A stretch of DNA of 64,000 nucleotides, taken from assembly GCA_050084515.1 (NCBI GenBank), contig CM114271.1, forward strand, positions 13,516,001 through 13,580,000. The letters run 5' to 3'. Within the stretch, counting starts at the first letter, position 1. Each line of letters opens with the position of its first letter. Both the position numbers and the translations under genes were made by a program. Positions 23,801 through 37,335 of the stretch are shown here, piece by piece. The notes beneath the pieces are model-generated. The model saw only the letters and a program-made list of their open reading frames with translations. It made no database searches and was not told the DNA's origin. The DNA is from Blasia pusilla. Lineage: Eukaryota.

Positions 23801-26461
23801 GAGTACCTTTCACGGCCCGACGGGCAGAGTAGATTGCATCTAGCCGGATGAGATCTCTCCAGGAAAGAAACGAATCCTCCATCGACTTCTCAATGATCGA
23901 TCATGGAATGAGCGTAAGAGAGTAGGAATGCTCGTTGAAGTCACAGAGAGAGAGAGAGGAGTGTAGAATCGACATCGTGGAACCCTTGAAGCAATTGTGT
24001 TGAATTTCAGCCACCACTGCTGTTTCGATGTAGAAACCCCGCAATCGAATTACTAATAGTGAAGGAACCTGCAATCGAATGAGTAAAAAGTGAGGGCACC
24101 CTACGATCGACCGAGTCATCGATCGGCGCGTCAATCGACCGTGCAGCGAATGATCGCTTGATTGTGCAAACACCGGCACAACTCGTGGAGGGTTGGCATA
24201 TTCGAACTAAAACGGGCAGGCCGCAGCGCGTCCCGGGATCTCATCGAGGATCCCTACCATGTTATCCCCGGCTCGGTGTAGTGACGATTCGAGACATCGT
24301 GGAATTTCCGGATGAAGTTATGTTGTTTGTGAAAACAAAGTGGACAGTCCAATCTGCCCGAGAAAGGGCGCAATCCGATTGCTTGTTTGGTAAGAAGTAC
24401 AAGAGCGGAATCTTCACCGTCGAGTGGAAAGATGACGAAAACGGTCGTGGGTGTGAGGTGGGAGCATCCGAGAGGGGCATTATGTCTCAATCCAAAGAGG
24501 CCACACTCATCTTCACGGACTCTAAGGTCGCCCCGCATTCGACGGCTCGACTGCCGAATTCTTCCTACCAACAACTGGTCTATGAGACCGTGACCCTTTC
24601 CGACCACGTCTTTGTTGTTCGCCAAGGGGCTTGTGGACGACCAAGGGAAACCCAACAACCATTCAAAGATCTGGACCGATTGAGTGCCCGTTTCGGCTGG
24701 CCGGGGCGGAAGTCATCACGAAGGTTCGTTTGATCGCTCAAGAAGTGGTGAGGTGCGAGCTACCGCCGGATCTCATTCCACAATTGAAGGGATCGCTGTG
24801 AGCCTCTTTGTCCCCAAGGTCGGTGTTTTCCGACAACCACGCATTTTCGACACTCCCAAGGCCGCCATGAATCCAAGCCGGGCGCAAAGGAGGTTCCACA
24901 TCAGGCGTGTACCATGCTCGAACGAGGCGCCTTTCTCAAAGAGTGGATCATTTATCATGGATTTCTACGGATAGTGAAATGGTACTGCACGACAACAACA
25001 AAGGATTTACGACATCGTAGAGGTTCTCAAGAGCCTGGAAGGGAAGTAGACATCGATCGATAATCGAATTCCGTGGCCCTGGATCAAGATGCAAGAGGCG
25101 GGTTTCTCCCATCGCACTCTGCGCGAGGGCGGATTGCGAGTGGATTCTCTTCGCAGACGTCGACGAAGTTCGTCTATCCCGCCGAAGGAGTTGCATGACG
25201 TCGTCGCCGGAGCTCATCCACGCAAGGAGGGCGAAAATCCGCTTCCGCCCCGCGAAGACACCACCATCTCTGGATGACCGCGCGGCGTTCGAAGCTCGAA
25301 AACCACCATTCGCTGGAGGCTCATAGACAAAGACGCTGCATCCGGGGTGCAGATGGGGAAGATAGTGGGCGAGGTGCGCCACCTCTTCCCCATCTGCAGC
25401 CCCAAACATCGTAACGATCACACACTATTGTGTGGATACAATAGCCCCTGCCTCCTCACAATGACACATGTAACTAAAAGGAGCAGAAACTGAAACGACT
25501 CCACTTTTAGGTAGCAGATTTGATTGGGACGGGAAAATTAGCGTTGGGTCCCTTATAACAGTATTCGATGGCTTTTTCTTCTCCCTTCCTCCATTTAGTA
25601 ACCCCATGTTAAGAGTATAGATTATTTATGGAGGGCTTCACTTCTTTGGGAATTTTTTTCTTTCCAAAAGAGGTAACCCCCCCTTCCTCGCATTATAGTA
25701 TAGATAAGGTTCCATACGAATGCAGTAAGAGTTTTCTTGCTGTAAAGAAGAGCGATGTGTAGGTTCCGACCGGACGGCGCTGTGTGATATTTTGACCAGG
25801 GATACCGGGATGTCCGGTGAGGAAGGGCCGTATTCTCTACCTATTCCGGCGAGGAGACAGGGCTAGCGGCCATGTTTTCCCGGTATATTTGACGATTTCC
25901 CATCAAGATCTGGAAGTGTAAGGAAATACCGGCGAGAAATGAGGAGTTCCTTGACACAATCTCCCGACATCCGGTAGTCTTTATAGGAAACACGATCACC
26001 GTCGCATACGTATCGAGGCCGCACACAAGAGAGCCGGCCCTGCTTGCAGGGAGGATATTCTCAAGAGATGCTTCCGGTGACGGGGAAGAGAGATCCGGTC
26101 GTGACCCGGGAACCGTGCATTCGTGGCCCAGTGCGATGATGCGTGCGTTGTTGGGTTGCGACAATGCGAAGTTGTGAATGAACTTTTTCCTTTGTTTTTC
26201 ATTGTTTCCCGGGCGGACAAACGAACGAACTCACGCGCAAATGATTGATTGAGCGATGGTGCGGACTATACTGAGGAAGATGAGAGATGGTGGAGCGCAT
26301 GTCGGAAGTAAAGGGGGGTCGTTTGCTGAATCCGCCGATGGCATGCTTTTCTCTCGTGGTCGCGGCCTGAGACGCCGGTGGCATGAGGAGGAGGCGAGCG
26401 TTTTGCGGATGCGATCGTAATCACGAGCAGGGTGGGAGAGAGAGACGCAGGGTGGATTCCT

Positions 26462-26470
26462 AAACCCTAA
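26462..26470 (+). promoter_or_regulatory. Telo-box (AAACCCTAA) in the probable promoter/5' leader of the CLC gene
   Basis: Exact motif in a GC/purine-rich region ~1.55 kb upstream of the CLC ATG. Function is inferred only. Confidence 0.3.
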
Positions 26471-28025
26471 TATCGGGAGGGGAGAAAGTGAGAAGAGAGG
26501 TGTGTTGTATTACGACTGTGGTGACTGCGATCGAGAAGGGGATTCGGAAGGGGTGCAACATCGGAAGCAGAGGTTGGACGGAATGGATTTGAAGGTGTTG
26601 CAATTGATTGGTTACTGCAGCAGGAAAGGCTATGGATGTCGGAGTGGGTGAATCGCGGGAGATTGGAGTCTTTTCTGGTGAGCCGGAGAGATCCAGAGCT
26701 TGGTGTTCTGGACGTCTGAGTGGTGAAGGACAGCTGAGAGGAGTGCAATAATGTGTCCGAGTGGCAGAGGGTTTTAGCGAGGTGGAGCGGAGGTTGCGAC
26801 GGTGGTATGGTTGGATTTCCGAGATAGGGATGGTGGAACAATTTGATCGGATTTTGGAGCTCTGAGAAGCTGCCTTGTGCCACGGCATCCAGGTGAACTT
26901 AAAGCACAGGATTTCAGCATTGTTCATCTCGGAAGGGAGGTTTCGCTTGTGTGTTTTCTGTAGAAAGTCTCCATTTTGTGGGGCGATGTTGCAAAATTGG
27001 AACTGTGTTGAAGATCATTGGTGATTGTAGCGGGAGTCGGTAGTGTAGGTTCGTCGTGCAGGCCTTTGGGAGAAGGAAATTTAGTAACTCAGAATGGGGT
27101 TTGGCGTGTGTAGCTGCATGTAGGGTTCGGGAGGACTTTGAAGATGGACCTTTCACAGTGGGAATCTATGTCAAACTGAAGCATTGTGATCGCGGCCATC
27201 TGCGAAGCTCGCAAAAGACTTCCCAATTGATTTAATCGACAGGCGTTTGCAGTATCGCTCCAATTTTTTTTTCCATTTAGCTGTACACAAAGAGCCGATG
27301 ACATTAGAGCTCAGGAAAGAGCATATCAGAGCTGCGGAGCTGCCAGGGAAGGTGATCTCTTCTCTAGATCACGAAGTACGCAATTGGTTGGTTTGGATCT
27401 CAAGCACGTGGATCTCATCGTTGACTGTTTTTCGCTAGGTCAAGCGAAGCAGACAGGAGAATGTAAAAAGCCGTGTTGTACAGTTGATTTAGGAGGAACT
27501 TGGAAGCGTGCTTTTGAGCGTTTCCCCTTTTCAGATGTATTTAACCATTGCGAATTATGCTATATAAGTTATTTCACTGGATTTCAGCGGGTTGAAGAAA
27601 CCCACTATCATGCTTATCTTAGAACCCTGTCTTCCATTCTGATTTGAAGTAGGGCAGTTGGCTCTGGTCTCTCTAAGTCCTGCCACCTGAAGCTGGGGGG
27701 GGGTGACTGGAAGTTCATCTAGCTGCACAAATGATCAGTTAGGGATCCCAATTGCAAAATTCCTGATATTTGGAGCATTAAGTTGGTTGCGCCTGCAAGA
27801 GTGGATTGGGAGTCTGATATTGCTTACGTAAGATAGACTTTGATGTTCGTTTGGCACTGCAAGTTTTGTTACACTGAAACTCTGCATTGCATACATTGTT
27901 CTTTCCACGTTTCTCATCAAAGAATATTTCTGGTGTCAGATATGTTGCACAATTGATGCTTACTCTGCCAAGCAAAGAATCTCAAACGGGCTTGGAGGGA
28001 AAAGGGTGCATGAGATCTTGGGAAA

Positions 28026-29232
28026 ATGTCTAGTGACCGCAGTGAACGACGATCATTCCTGCATTCTCTCTCAGATACGGAATCTGATGCAGAACAGGGG
28101 TGGACAGAGGAGAGCTTATCTTCAAATCAGAATGGAAGACAGGGTTCTTCAAAATCGGGGGCTGCGGTCCCCGAGAGCTTTGAGTTGAAGCAATGGGGTA
28201 GTGATGAGGAGCAGAAACAAAAAAGATTACCACCCCCAGAGGAATCAGACGTCAGAAGAGCCTCTGTCTTGCAGGATGGGGAAACTGGACATGGAAATAA
28301 TGAGAAGCCATCAGTGCATTTGCTCTCGTCCTACCCAGATGGTGGATCAGAACAATCAAAGGAGGGTACTTCCGATGGGTATAGGTACAGACCACAAATT
28401 GTAACACGTCATTCTCCAGTTTCAGATGACAATTCAGATGAAGGAGCTCACAGTGATTCCGATAGGGGAAAAGAAGGAAGCAGCCACAGTGATAGGAGGT
28501 CATTGCTAAGGCCCCAGCGAGAGGATGGACAGGGTGAGACTTCCAGAGAAAGAGCATCTGTGAGTCGAGGAAGGCGATCTTATTACCCAGCTGCAACATC
28601 AGATGTTGATTTGGAATCACAGATTGATCCTGCAAGAGATAGGGCAAAAACATCCAGCAGGCGAATATCCCGGATTATCTCACCAGAGCCTGATATAGAA
28701 TCGGATTTTGAAGCTAGGGATTCTGATGTAGACAGAACACCACGTCACCCCACACTTCAGAGAAGGCCCTCAATTGCAGCTCAAGTGGGAGAAAGGGTTC
28801 CCCCGGAGTGGGTTCTTCTACTGCTTGGGTGCTTCCTGGGCCTTGCCAGTGGTCTCAGTGTTGTGACATTCAATCGAGGGGTGAGCAGATTCGCATTTTC
28901 TAACAACCATGTACCTTGAAATAGTTCTTGTAGTTCTTGCACCTGTGCAGAAATTCAGTGAGTTAAGTTGCATCAAGTGTGTGTGCAGGATTGTTAGTCC
29001 ATAAACTTGTGCTCTTGGGATGCCTACCTGCCTTATCTTTTTCTGTGTACTAGTTACATGACCACTTGCTGCTTCAACTCCTTGGATGGTTTTTAGTTGC
29101 ACTTAGCTATTCACTTCTTCTTTAGTAGAGTTATAACAGGACAAAAATGTCAATGCCTTGATTTACCATTTTCTAATATGCCATCATAGGTTGTTTATTA
29201 CTCCATTTGATCAGGAGACTCCTGGAAAGGTA

Positions 29233-29292
<60 letters not shown>

Positions 29293-32200
29293 TAATGTAT
29301 TGTGTATATATATGTATATATGTATATATATATATACATTTATGTATTTGTGAACTGTTTGCTCCAATACATTTGTGATCAAGTTTTTGACTACTCACGA
29401 CTTTTTTTGCTGGTGTTTGCTGTATTTTTACCAGGTTCACTTGATACATGATTTGGCCTGGGCAGGAACACCTCATGAAGGAGCAGCATGGTTGCGGCTT
29501 CAAAAACTCATTGATATTTGGCACAGGATCATGCTTATTCCAGTGGTTGGAGGTGTGGTTGTTGGGATGATGCATGCAATTGTTGTAGTTATAGATCAGG
29601 TCAAAGCATCCAGGCCACCACGAAGGCATAGTATTGATTGGCTAGCGGGAACAAAGCCAGCACTCAAAGCTTGTCAGGCGATGGTGACTTTGGGAACAGG
29701 TTGCTCACTTGGACCTGAAGGTCCAAGTGTTGATATTGGGAAGTCGTGGGCTCATGGTCTCGCTACAGTGATGAAAAATAATCGAGAAAGAAGAATTGCG
29801 CTGGTGGCAGCCGGTGCAGCAGCTGGCATATCTGCAGGTTTGATTACTTTTCTATCAATAGGGGATATCTGTCAGATGCTTGACGTTATATTGCCACATT
29901 GTAAGGATGCACTGTAATAAGATTCAATGCAGCTTCAGTAAAGTAAGTGAGGATAGGGGATTCTTCACCTGTCATCTTCCAAGATGGTTCAAGCCACTGT
30001 ATTGCTGTCAGACATGTTGTATACGGGACAGATGTAAACTACTTCTCTATACTCTGTGTCATTCATATCTCCAAAGGAGCATAGTCGGGTAGAGTGTATT
30101 TTCACCTTTATGATGGATAGGATATTTTAAGATGATGGACATGATATGATACTTAGATTGTTCTTTCTCAGTAGTGGATGCTTCCATGATTTGTGCATAC
30201 ATGGAATGTTAAATTAATACTTCGTCTTAATTGGACCTCGAAGTCATGAATGAAACCCATGCGTAAAGTGTCGCATGAGCAGTTTTTCTTTTTGCATCTA
30301 AAGCTTGACGCAATTGTAACATCTGCCTAGAATTGGAATTAGACATGTGAAGTATTGTTGCCTCACTGTCTGTACATGTTTTTCCTAACTGACTTCAGGT
30401 GAATCATTGTTGCAGGATTTAATGCACCTGTCTCAGGATGCTTTTTTGCCATTGAGACAGTGTTGAGGCCGCAACATGCAGAAAATTCTCCACCTCTGAC
30501 AACAGCCATGATTATTTTGGCATCTGTGACATCATCTACAGTATCGCAAGTCCTTTTTGGAGAAACTGCAGCTTTCACAGTACCTACCTATGAATTACGC
30601 TCTGCAGCTGGTACATACGTTCTATCCATAATAAACTTCTGTTAGTTCATTGCATTCAGTCAATCTGTATTAGTACAAAGTTCCAGTGGAAATTCCACTC
30701 CAGGTTTTTGACTGGAACAACCAGAACACTCAGAAATTGCTACCATTTTTTTGTCTTTTTGTCTGTATTGTCTTTGCTAGCTGACTTTTCCGCATGATTT
30801 CTTGCAGAACTTCCACTCTATCTGCTGTTGGGTGGTCTCTGTGGTGTTGTCAGCGTTATATTCACTCGCATGACAGCTTATTTTTCGGATATGTTCGAGT
30901 TTCTAAGGGATCGTATCGGCATACCTGCCACTGTAACTCCTGCAATTGGGGGCCTTGTAACAGGTTTGATTGCACTAAGGTATCCAGGTGTGCTATATTG
31001 GGGTTTCACAAATGTGGATGAAATATTGCACTCAGGAAAATCAGCAACTGCTCCAGGCCAGGGTCTGTTGATACAGTTAATCTGTGCAAAGGTTTTTGCC
31101 ACTTCCTTTGGTAAAGGGTCCGGACTGGTAGGTGGTGTATATGCCCCCAGCTTATTCATAGGAGCGGCAGTTGGTTCCGTATATGGTACAATGGCAGGAA
31201 AGGTGATCAATGCTGCCATGCCTGGTCATGACACTGTCGCACATCCTCAGGCGTATGCATTGGTATAATCATTTGATCCTTGTTTTCAGAAGCTTTGTGT
31301 ACACTCAGTTTTCTGCTTGTCAATTCAATATGCTCCATGTATGTGTACTTGTCTATAGTGAAAGATTTGTTGAGGTACCAGTCTTGGGCTATGAACAACT
31401 GGATTCATCAGATGTGTTAGAACAGGGTTATCTAGACTGTAAAAGGGACTTGGTCGAGCCTATAATAATGAAAAGATTCCCTTGTGAGATTGGCATGGAA
31501 TGCAGTTGTTGATGCCTAAGACATTCCTCAGGTATCAGTAGCATAGCATGTCATAATATTTGCTCCTTGTGTTTGGAGCAATTCATTTAAGAAGAAATCT
31601 ATTTCCTGTTGTCTCCTATGTGCAGGTGGGAATGGCTGCACTACTTGCAGCTGTGTGCTCAGTTCCGCTGACATCTGTCCTACTGCTTTTTGAGTTGACG
31701 AAAGATTACCACATCCTGCTTCCTCTCATGGTATGTTGTGCAGACCTCTTGGAGATTCCGCTAGAGACAGAGGAGGTCCCACAAATCATGGCGTAACTTG
31801 TATCATGTCTGCTTGATTTATCTCAGTGACAATTCCTTTCAACTTGAGTCTCACAGTGAGGTGGAGAAAGAAGAACCTTGTGTAAATGTTATTGTATAGA
31901 TTTTTCATTTCCTTGGTTCTGGATCCGTCTGAGAACTGGCTTGAGCGTGCAATGCTGAATGCACGTTCAAGCCAATTTATGGGTCTAGTAACCATATCAT
32001 CAGAGATCTAAATTCTAGTCAGATTTCATGGAGCAGCAAATAAGCAGTCCAGGACTTGAATTGGACAAATATTCATCATTGAACTTCCTTGCTGTTTAGG
32101 GGAAGCTTTGAAGCTACCGGTAAGGTGTTTCTAGCATAGAATTGGGAAAAGATTTGTCATACTATCCTTAAGTATGATGTATTTATACTGTCAATCCACT

Positions 32201-34070
32201 CAGGGTCACCCCTTATAGAAGTTAAATATAGCATTTCTACGCGAAGTGTATGGTTAAACTTGAACATACCCAGCTAATACACTGTTGAAAATCTCGACCT
32301 TCTCGCACATGAATAATTTTTGTTTTGGGTTCATGTCGTAGTTCACCCTGAACTTTCAGTTAAATTGTGCTCGCGCAGAATTTTGAATAAGTGGCCCTTG
32401 ATTCCTGAAAACAAGTTTGAAGCTAGTTAGCATTCTTTTAATAGAAGTTTGACAATTAGCAGCCCCAGTACTCGATGTAATGGGCATGTGGTGCAAGACT
32501 CCCGTTTTGGAACATCAGTGTGAACAAGTCTTGTAAGATGCCAGACCTCATGAACTTACATAATAGGATTTCCTTTCATTCATTCAACAGGGCGGAATCG
32601 GAGTTGCTATTTGGGTTGCTGCTGTGGCAAAACAAAGTGCAGATAAACAACTCACAGCAGCAGCAGCCAGTGGGGGGAGGTCAGCTCATGTTGCACATGT
32701 TGATGGTATACCGGATCAGGATGCTCCCCGTGAGCAGCAGGTATGGAGGCGGAAAGGGAGTCAGGGGATGGAAGTGGAGCTTTGTACAGTGCAGGACTAT
32801 GTGGGCCCTGATGCGATTTTGGATGATGAGCTTATGGACACTGTGAAGGTTTGTATCTGGATGTGACAGTTTTATCCATACTTCACAAATGGAACTGGGC
32901 TGGGGTCAGAGAATTGGAAGCTTCTGATTTGTTGATTCACTTGATTTTTACCAGATTTTTTCCTGTGCACGTGCTGGGAAGAGAACTGAATAGCATGGGA
33001 TGGGAGAAGTAATTGTCACAACAATTATTGCCACTCTCTTTCCTGGAAAACCTCGAATAAACTCCTAACTTATCTCTGCATATTCCTGTTACAGGTATCC
33101 CAAGCCATGTCAAAAAGTTTTGTAAAAGTCCTACCTATTGCAACAGTGAAGGAAACAATTTCAGCTATTCTGAAAGGTCGGCAAAGATGTGCTCTTGTTG
33201 TGGATGAGAATGACCTGTTAGAGGGCATCTTCACCTTTTCTGATCTTGAGCGTGAAGTCATAAAGGCAGCAGAAGCGTCTGCTCTGGGGGATCAAACAGT
33301 GCTGGAGGTAACCTTGACGTTTTTCATTGAGTGAACATGTTTCTTTAGAGTCAGATGGGTGGTTAAAACGGAGGATACTTTTTTGAGAGCTGGAATATAT
33401 ATCACAAGCTATTATATGCTTACCTTGGACTATTGTGGAAAAGCAGGTGGACACATTGCTGGTTGCTGCACTTTGCAGTGGGAAAGGGGATAACCAGGGG
33501 GAGGACACAGACATTCTGGTCTGCTTTCCTGACATGAGTCTGAAGAGCGTCCAGGATCTAATGGATTCATGTGATTTTGGGCAACTGCCAGTTGTGGCAA
33601 GAGCAGGCAAAAGGTGGCAGGATCAGGGTCGACAGCTTGTGGGCCTTATTGATCGAAATGCAATTCCTCGCTGTATAAAGTACGTTCTTCTGACACATCA
33701 CCATCACATTCCATTTAACGTGTTCACTCTAGAGGAGTTCATTTTCACCTAAGGAATGCTTCAAATGAGTAAGAAGAGATATTAACGTATGCCTCTAATA
33801 CCCTGATAGCTGTCGCATTCTAATACACATTTGTCAAGTTGCAATTGATCCACAGTTAAGAGTGTAGCGCATATCTGATGGTCATTCCTTGAATATTTCA
33901 TGATGGTGCTTCTACTGAGTACTACTTGCTAGGAGAAGGAACAGACTGTGATGCAAGTTTCTCAGTCTTCCGTGGTGATACGATTCAGGGAGGAGGCCTC
34001 CAAAAGGATTGCAGCATTGCTTGCCAAGGAGGATGAAGATGATGATGCGCCGCTCTTGGATTCTCATTGA
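28026..34070 (+). CDS. CLC-f: Chloride channel/transporter, CLC-f-like, 932 aa. Exons 28026-28880, 29435-29837, 30416-30610, 30808-31262, 31626-31730, 32591-32848, 33095-33307, 33447-33679, 33989-34070
   Basis: All introns are GT-AG and the exons sum to 2799 nt in frame. Motifs WAGTPHEGAAWLRLQ, TLGTGCSLGPEGPSVDIG, GFNAPVSGCFFAIE, KGSGLVGGVYAPSLFIG, VCSVPLTSVLLLFELTKDY and C-terminal CBS-like domains. Last exon and start codon are less certain. Confidence 0.93.
29234..29340. repeat. (TA)n microsatellite and TA-rich tail in CLC intron 1
   Basis: TA run followed by degenerate TA/TG repeats. Confidence 0.95.
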
Positions 34071-36029
34071 CAGGGTTGTGGAGTTTTGTAGTCTTTTGAT
34101 CGGTATTGGACAAGTAGGAGGTCGAAGGGAAAACTCTTGAGGATGCAATTGAAGACCTCTAGAGGGCTTTCTGATATTGTACATTTTCCAGGCAAGTAGT
34201 ATAAGAGTGTAAATGATACACCAGTGCAATTAGAGTAGGCATATAGTTGGTAGGAGGGCTGTCAGGCAGTTTGTTGGGTCCGAAGGTTACCCACTAGCCT
34301 CCAGCTATAATGTAAGTTTCACATTCTTGTTCCAAAGATTCTTTTTAGGAGATCTGTCTCACCAAACCATCATCTGGCGGTTAACAGCTTTCAGTGACTG
34401 TTCCTTTCTATGTACAGTTTTGAACACGAGAGTTAGCCAGTATGCCAGTTGTCAGCTCTGAAATGTGAACAATGTGGATTGAAATCTCAAGCTGCGGCTC
34501 AAGTGTCGCAGCCTGTGTCCACCACTCTTGTTAGGAGGCCATGAACTGCATGTGTCCCACATGACCCTTCCCCTTATCCTCTGTGAATGTAAGTGGAAAA
34601 GGCTTGGAGGTATGAAGAGAAGATTTTATACTACTGCATCATATGAATGCAGTTTCTATTGGAACCTTGAACTGTAGGGCATAATGTGGACTAGAAGTCC
34701 AGATTCTTTTGCCGGGGACTGAATGTGATCACACCGGGTCTCTGGAGAGCAAAATTTACAGCTTGGTATATGCCACATTACTTATGGTCTTGACTTGTTT
34801 GCTTGCGGAGTCTCCAAATTGCGTCTTGGAGTGGTGTATGTACCCACAAGTTCAGACTCTAAAGCTGCTAGCACTACCATTATGATCCGCATGTTCCGAT
34901 ATGTATGGATCCAAAGCTGATAGTTAATTACATACACTATCAGAAATGCGTAGGGCTGGATAACCAGTGTACTACATTGTGACGCCGGCATGCGTGACCT
35001 CGCGGAGTAAAAATTCAGGGCCTGGGGTGAGAACAGCTTTGAATTAAAAATATCCAGCCTTTGCCCATGGGGCACGCCGCGTGCGCAGGTGGGCCCACGA
35101 GTAGCAATAAACAATAATCTGTCATTATTACGGGATTGTTTTAGGAGCATGTTTTCATGTGAGAAGTGGATGGTTGTCTTCGGTCCTGACCATGCTTTCA
35201 TAAGAGGTTTTCTTGCTCGTTCCAAAACCAATACAATAAATCCATGCATCTTTAAATGGCTTTGACAAGTTGCTTCCCTATTCTCGACCATTTCTTTTGT
35301 ATGCCCTAAAGAGTGTCCTTCCTATTTGGGGAACCAATGTTGCTAATTATGACCAGCCACGGTATGAATCTTACAAAATTTTTTTCTTGCTGTTTTAAGA
35401 ATAGAATATATTTTTTCCCGGTTATCACATGTCAAACAAAGGTGTTTGTAAATCAAGAAAGCATGTAATTAATAGAGTATTTTTATTAATTTGTTTGTAA
35501 ATATAAAATTTTTATATTTATAAGGTCCATTGTAAGTCGGAGTGTAGAAGGCGAGTGAGAGCACACTCCGAATAAAAAGATGTTATGGCACAATTACTAC
35601 TTGTCATTTAAAAAATCTCAATATATTTGGAGTTGAAAAATAATATATTTATAAAGTTAAAACAATTTACCTTATCTATGGCCTTTTATGGAATTACTCT
35701 CTATGACTATTCAAGTATCTAATTGAAAATATTCTACTATCATACCTACACTAAAGAGAATGTTGAAATATCATTATAAATTTCACCAAAAAAGATATTT
35801 GAAAATAAAAAGATGAATATTATCCTATTAAATTTTTTTCAATCCAAGATAAATCTTTCCTTGACAACCTTGTCTATAAAATTTCCATGGCTTTATCCAA
35901 TTAATAAATTGAGACCTTATATCACAAGGATTAAACTTCATACAAAAGGTTGAGCATGATATTTCATAACCATTCTCCACCTAACGCCTTCTATTCTATT
36001 AATATACTTCCTTGAGATCCTTAGGAAGA

Positions 36030-37335
36030 TGGTAGAGTAGGCGTAGTGCCTCATCCTTTGCAAAGAGCACGTTTAGTACAGAATCCCCACGAGGAGTTGG
36101 AACACTTTGGAGTGAAGTGGACATACAACTTGCTCTAGATTGGTGGCAAGACATGCAGATTGACGTTCAACAATTTTCTGCCACATGCATGGTATGTGAT
36201 CAAGTTCAGACATTATTCAATGCTCTGACTCCACAGTTGTATCCATTTTCGATTGTAGGTTTAGCTTATTGATGGAGTTTGGATTTTTAGGGCCTTTGTC
36301 TTTGAAGAAGCAACATAGTTGTTATGTGTTGGTAATGGTTGAGCATTTCTCGGAGTGCTCGCAAAGCAAGTGATAATTAATCATAAAATTAATACACACA
36401 AAATCACTCTCTAGAAATAAATAAAAAAATATAAATCTCAAATTAGGACATTTCTAGAGAGTGAAGTGCATTAATTTATAATTAATACATTTCTCGGTGA
36501 AGAGAGGATTATGCAAGTATGGCTTGTAGACAGATCACCTAGGAGATTGGGACCTATAATTGCCATGGTTGGTGATGGGATAAAGATTCAATAGGTAGAC
36601 ATCTTTAGGATCGTTCTTACTGTATTTGTTGCTTTATGGCCAAGAGCTTGATTTACGTGTGGCCATTCATCTCGATGCAATTGAGGTGTTGAATCTCGAT
36701 GATCCTGATGTACGGATGCACGGATGTTCTTAGAGGGTTGAGTTGAATTGGAGACTTATGCCCATGGCATTTGAGAGCTTGGTGATTGCACAATATCAGG
36801 ATACTTTGAGGTTTGCGACTATTCAAGGAGGTGGTTATCGATCCACGATCCCTAGGTTTCATTAGATGACACCTACGACCATGGATATGACCATGGGATG
36901 CACCATCTTGAGAAAGCAAGATATTTTGCCATTAGGTGTTCTCTTATTGGAGGGATGTGATGGTATGGTTTGGAAGGATCATGTGCGTAAGTGTGCGCCA
37001 TAACACCTTCCTAACATTGAGGGTATAATTGAGCCAAGCTTAGTAGTGGTTCTTGTAGGCTCACATTGCATGTCGTGTGGTTCAGCCACGATGCTAGGGT
37101 AAATATTAGGTAATCATAGATCCAAACTTTTGTCTTTGGCATCCTAGAGATGTATGTCATAGTAGATAGGGAAAGATGGCTATCCGGAGTTAGAGGGACC
37201 TAACTACAAGCTAGGGGGACAATTGGAGATATTTCAATCGTCTCAATGTTTAGATGGCATGAGTTGGCATGGTATCTTGTGTGTGTATTCGGTGACAATG
37301 ATATATGTTATGTAGCGAAATGTATGCGCACGAAA
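36030..37335 (+). mobile_element. Highly degenerate 3' part of the same Gypsy lineage: integrase, possible start of a PHD finger, and LTR end
   Basis: PHPLQRARLVQNPHEELEHFGVKWTYNLL and YVLVMVEHFS match the copy B integrase. Then VKRGLCKYGL and WKDHVRKCAP*HLPNIEG..HCMSCGSATML. 37235-37335 matches LTR end 3153-3250. Confidence 0.75.
36354..36487. mobile_element. Small AT-rich foldback element (MITE-like) inside the integrase remnant
   Basis: Inverted repeat TCACTCTCTAGAAAT / ATTTCTAGAGAGTGA. Flanked by direct repeat CATTTCTCGG (36344-36353 and 36488-36497). Confidence 0.55.

Noticed and set aside
33933-33950. Alternative CLC last-exon acceptor at 33932
   Set aside because: It gives a stop after four further codons. 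The acceptor at 33988 gives a more plausible KEE... C-terminus.
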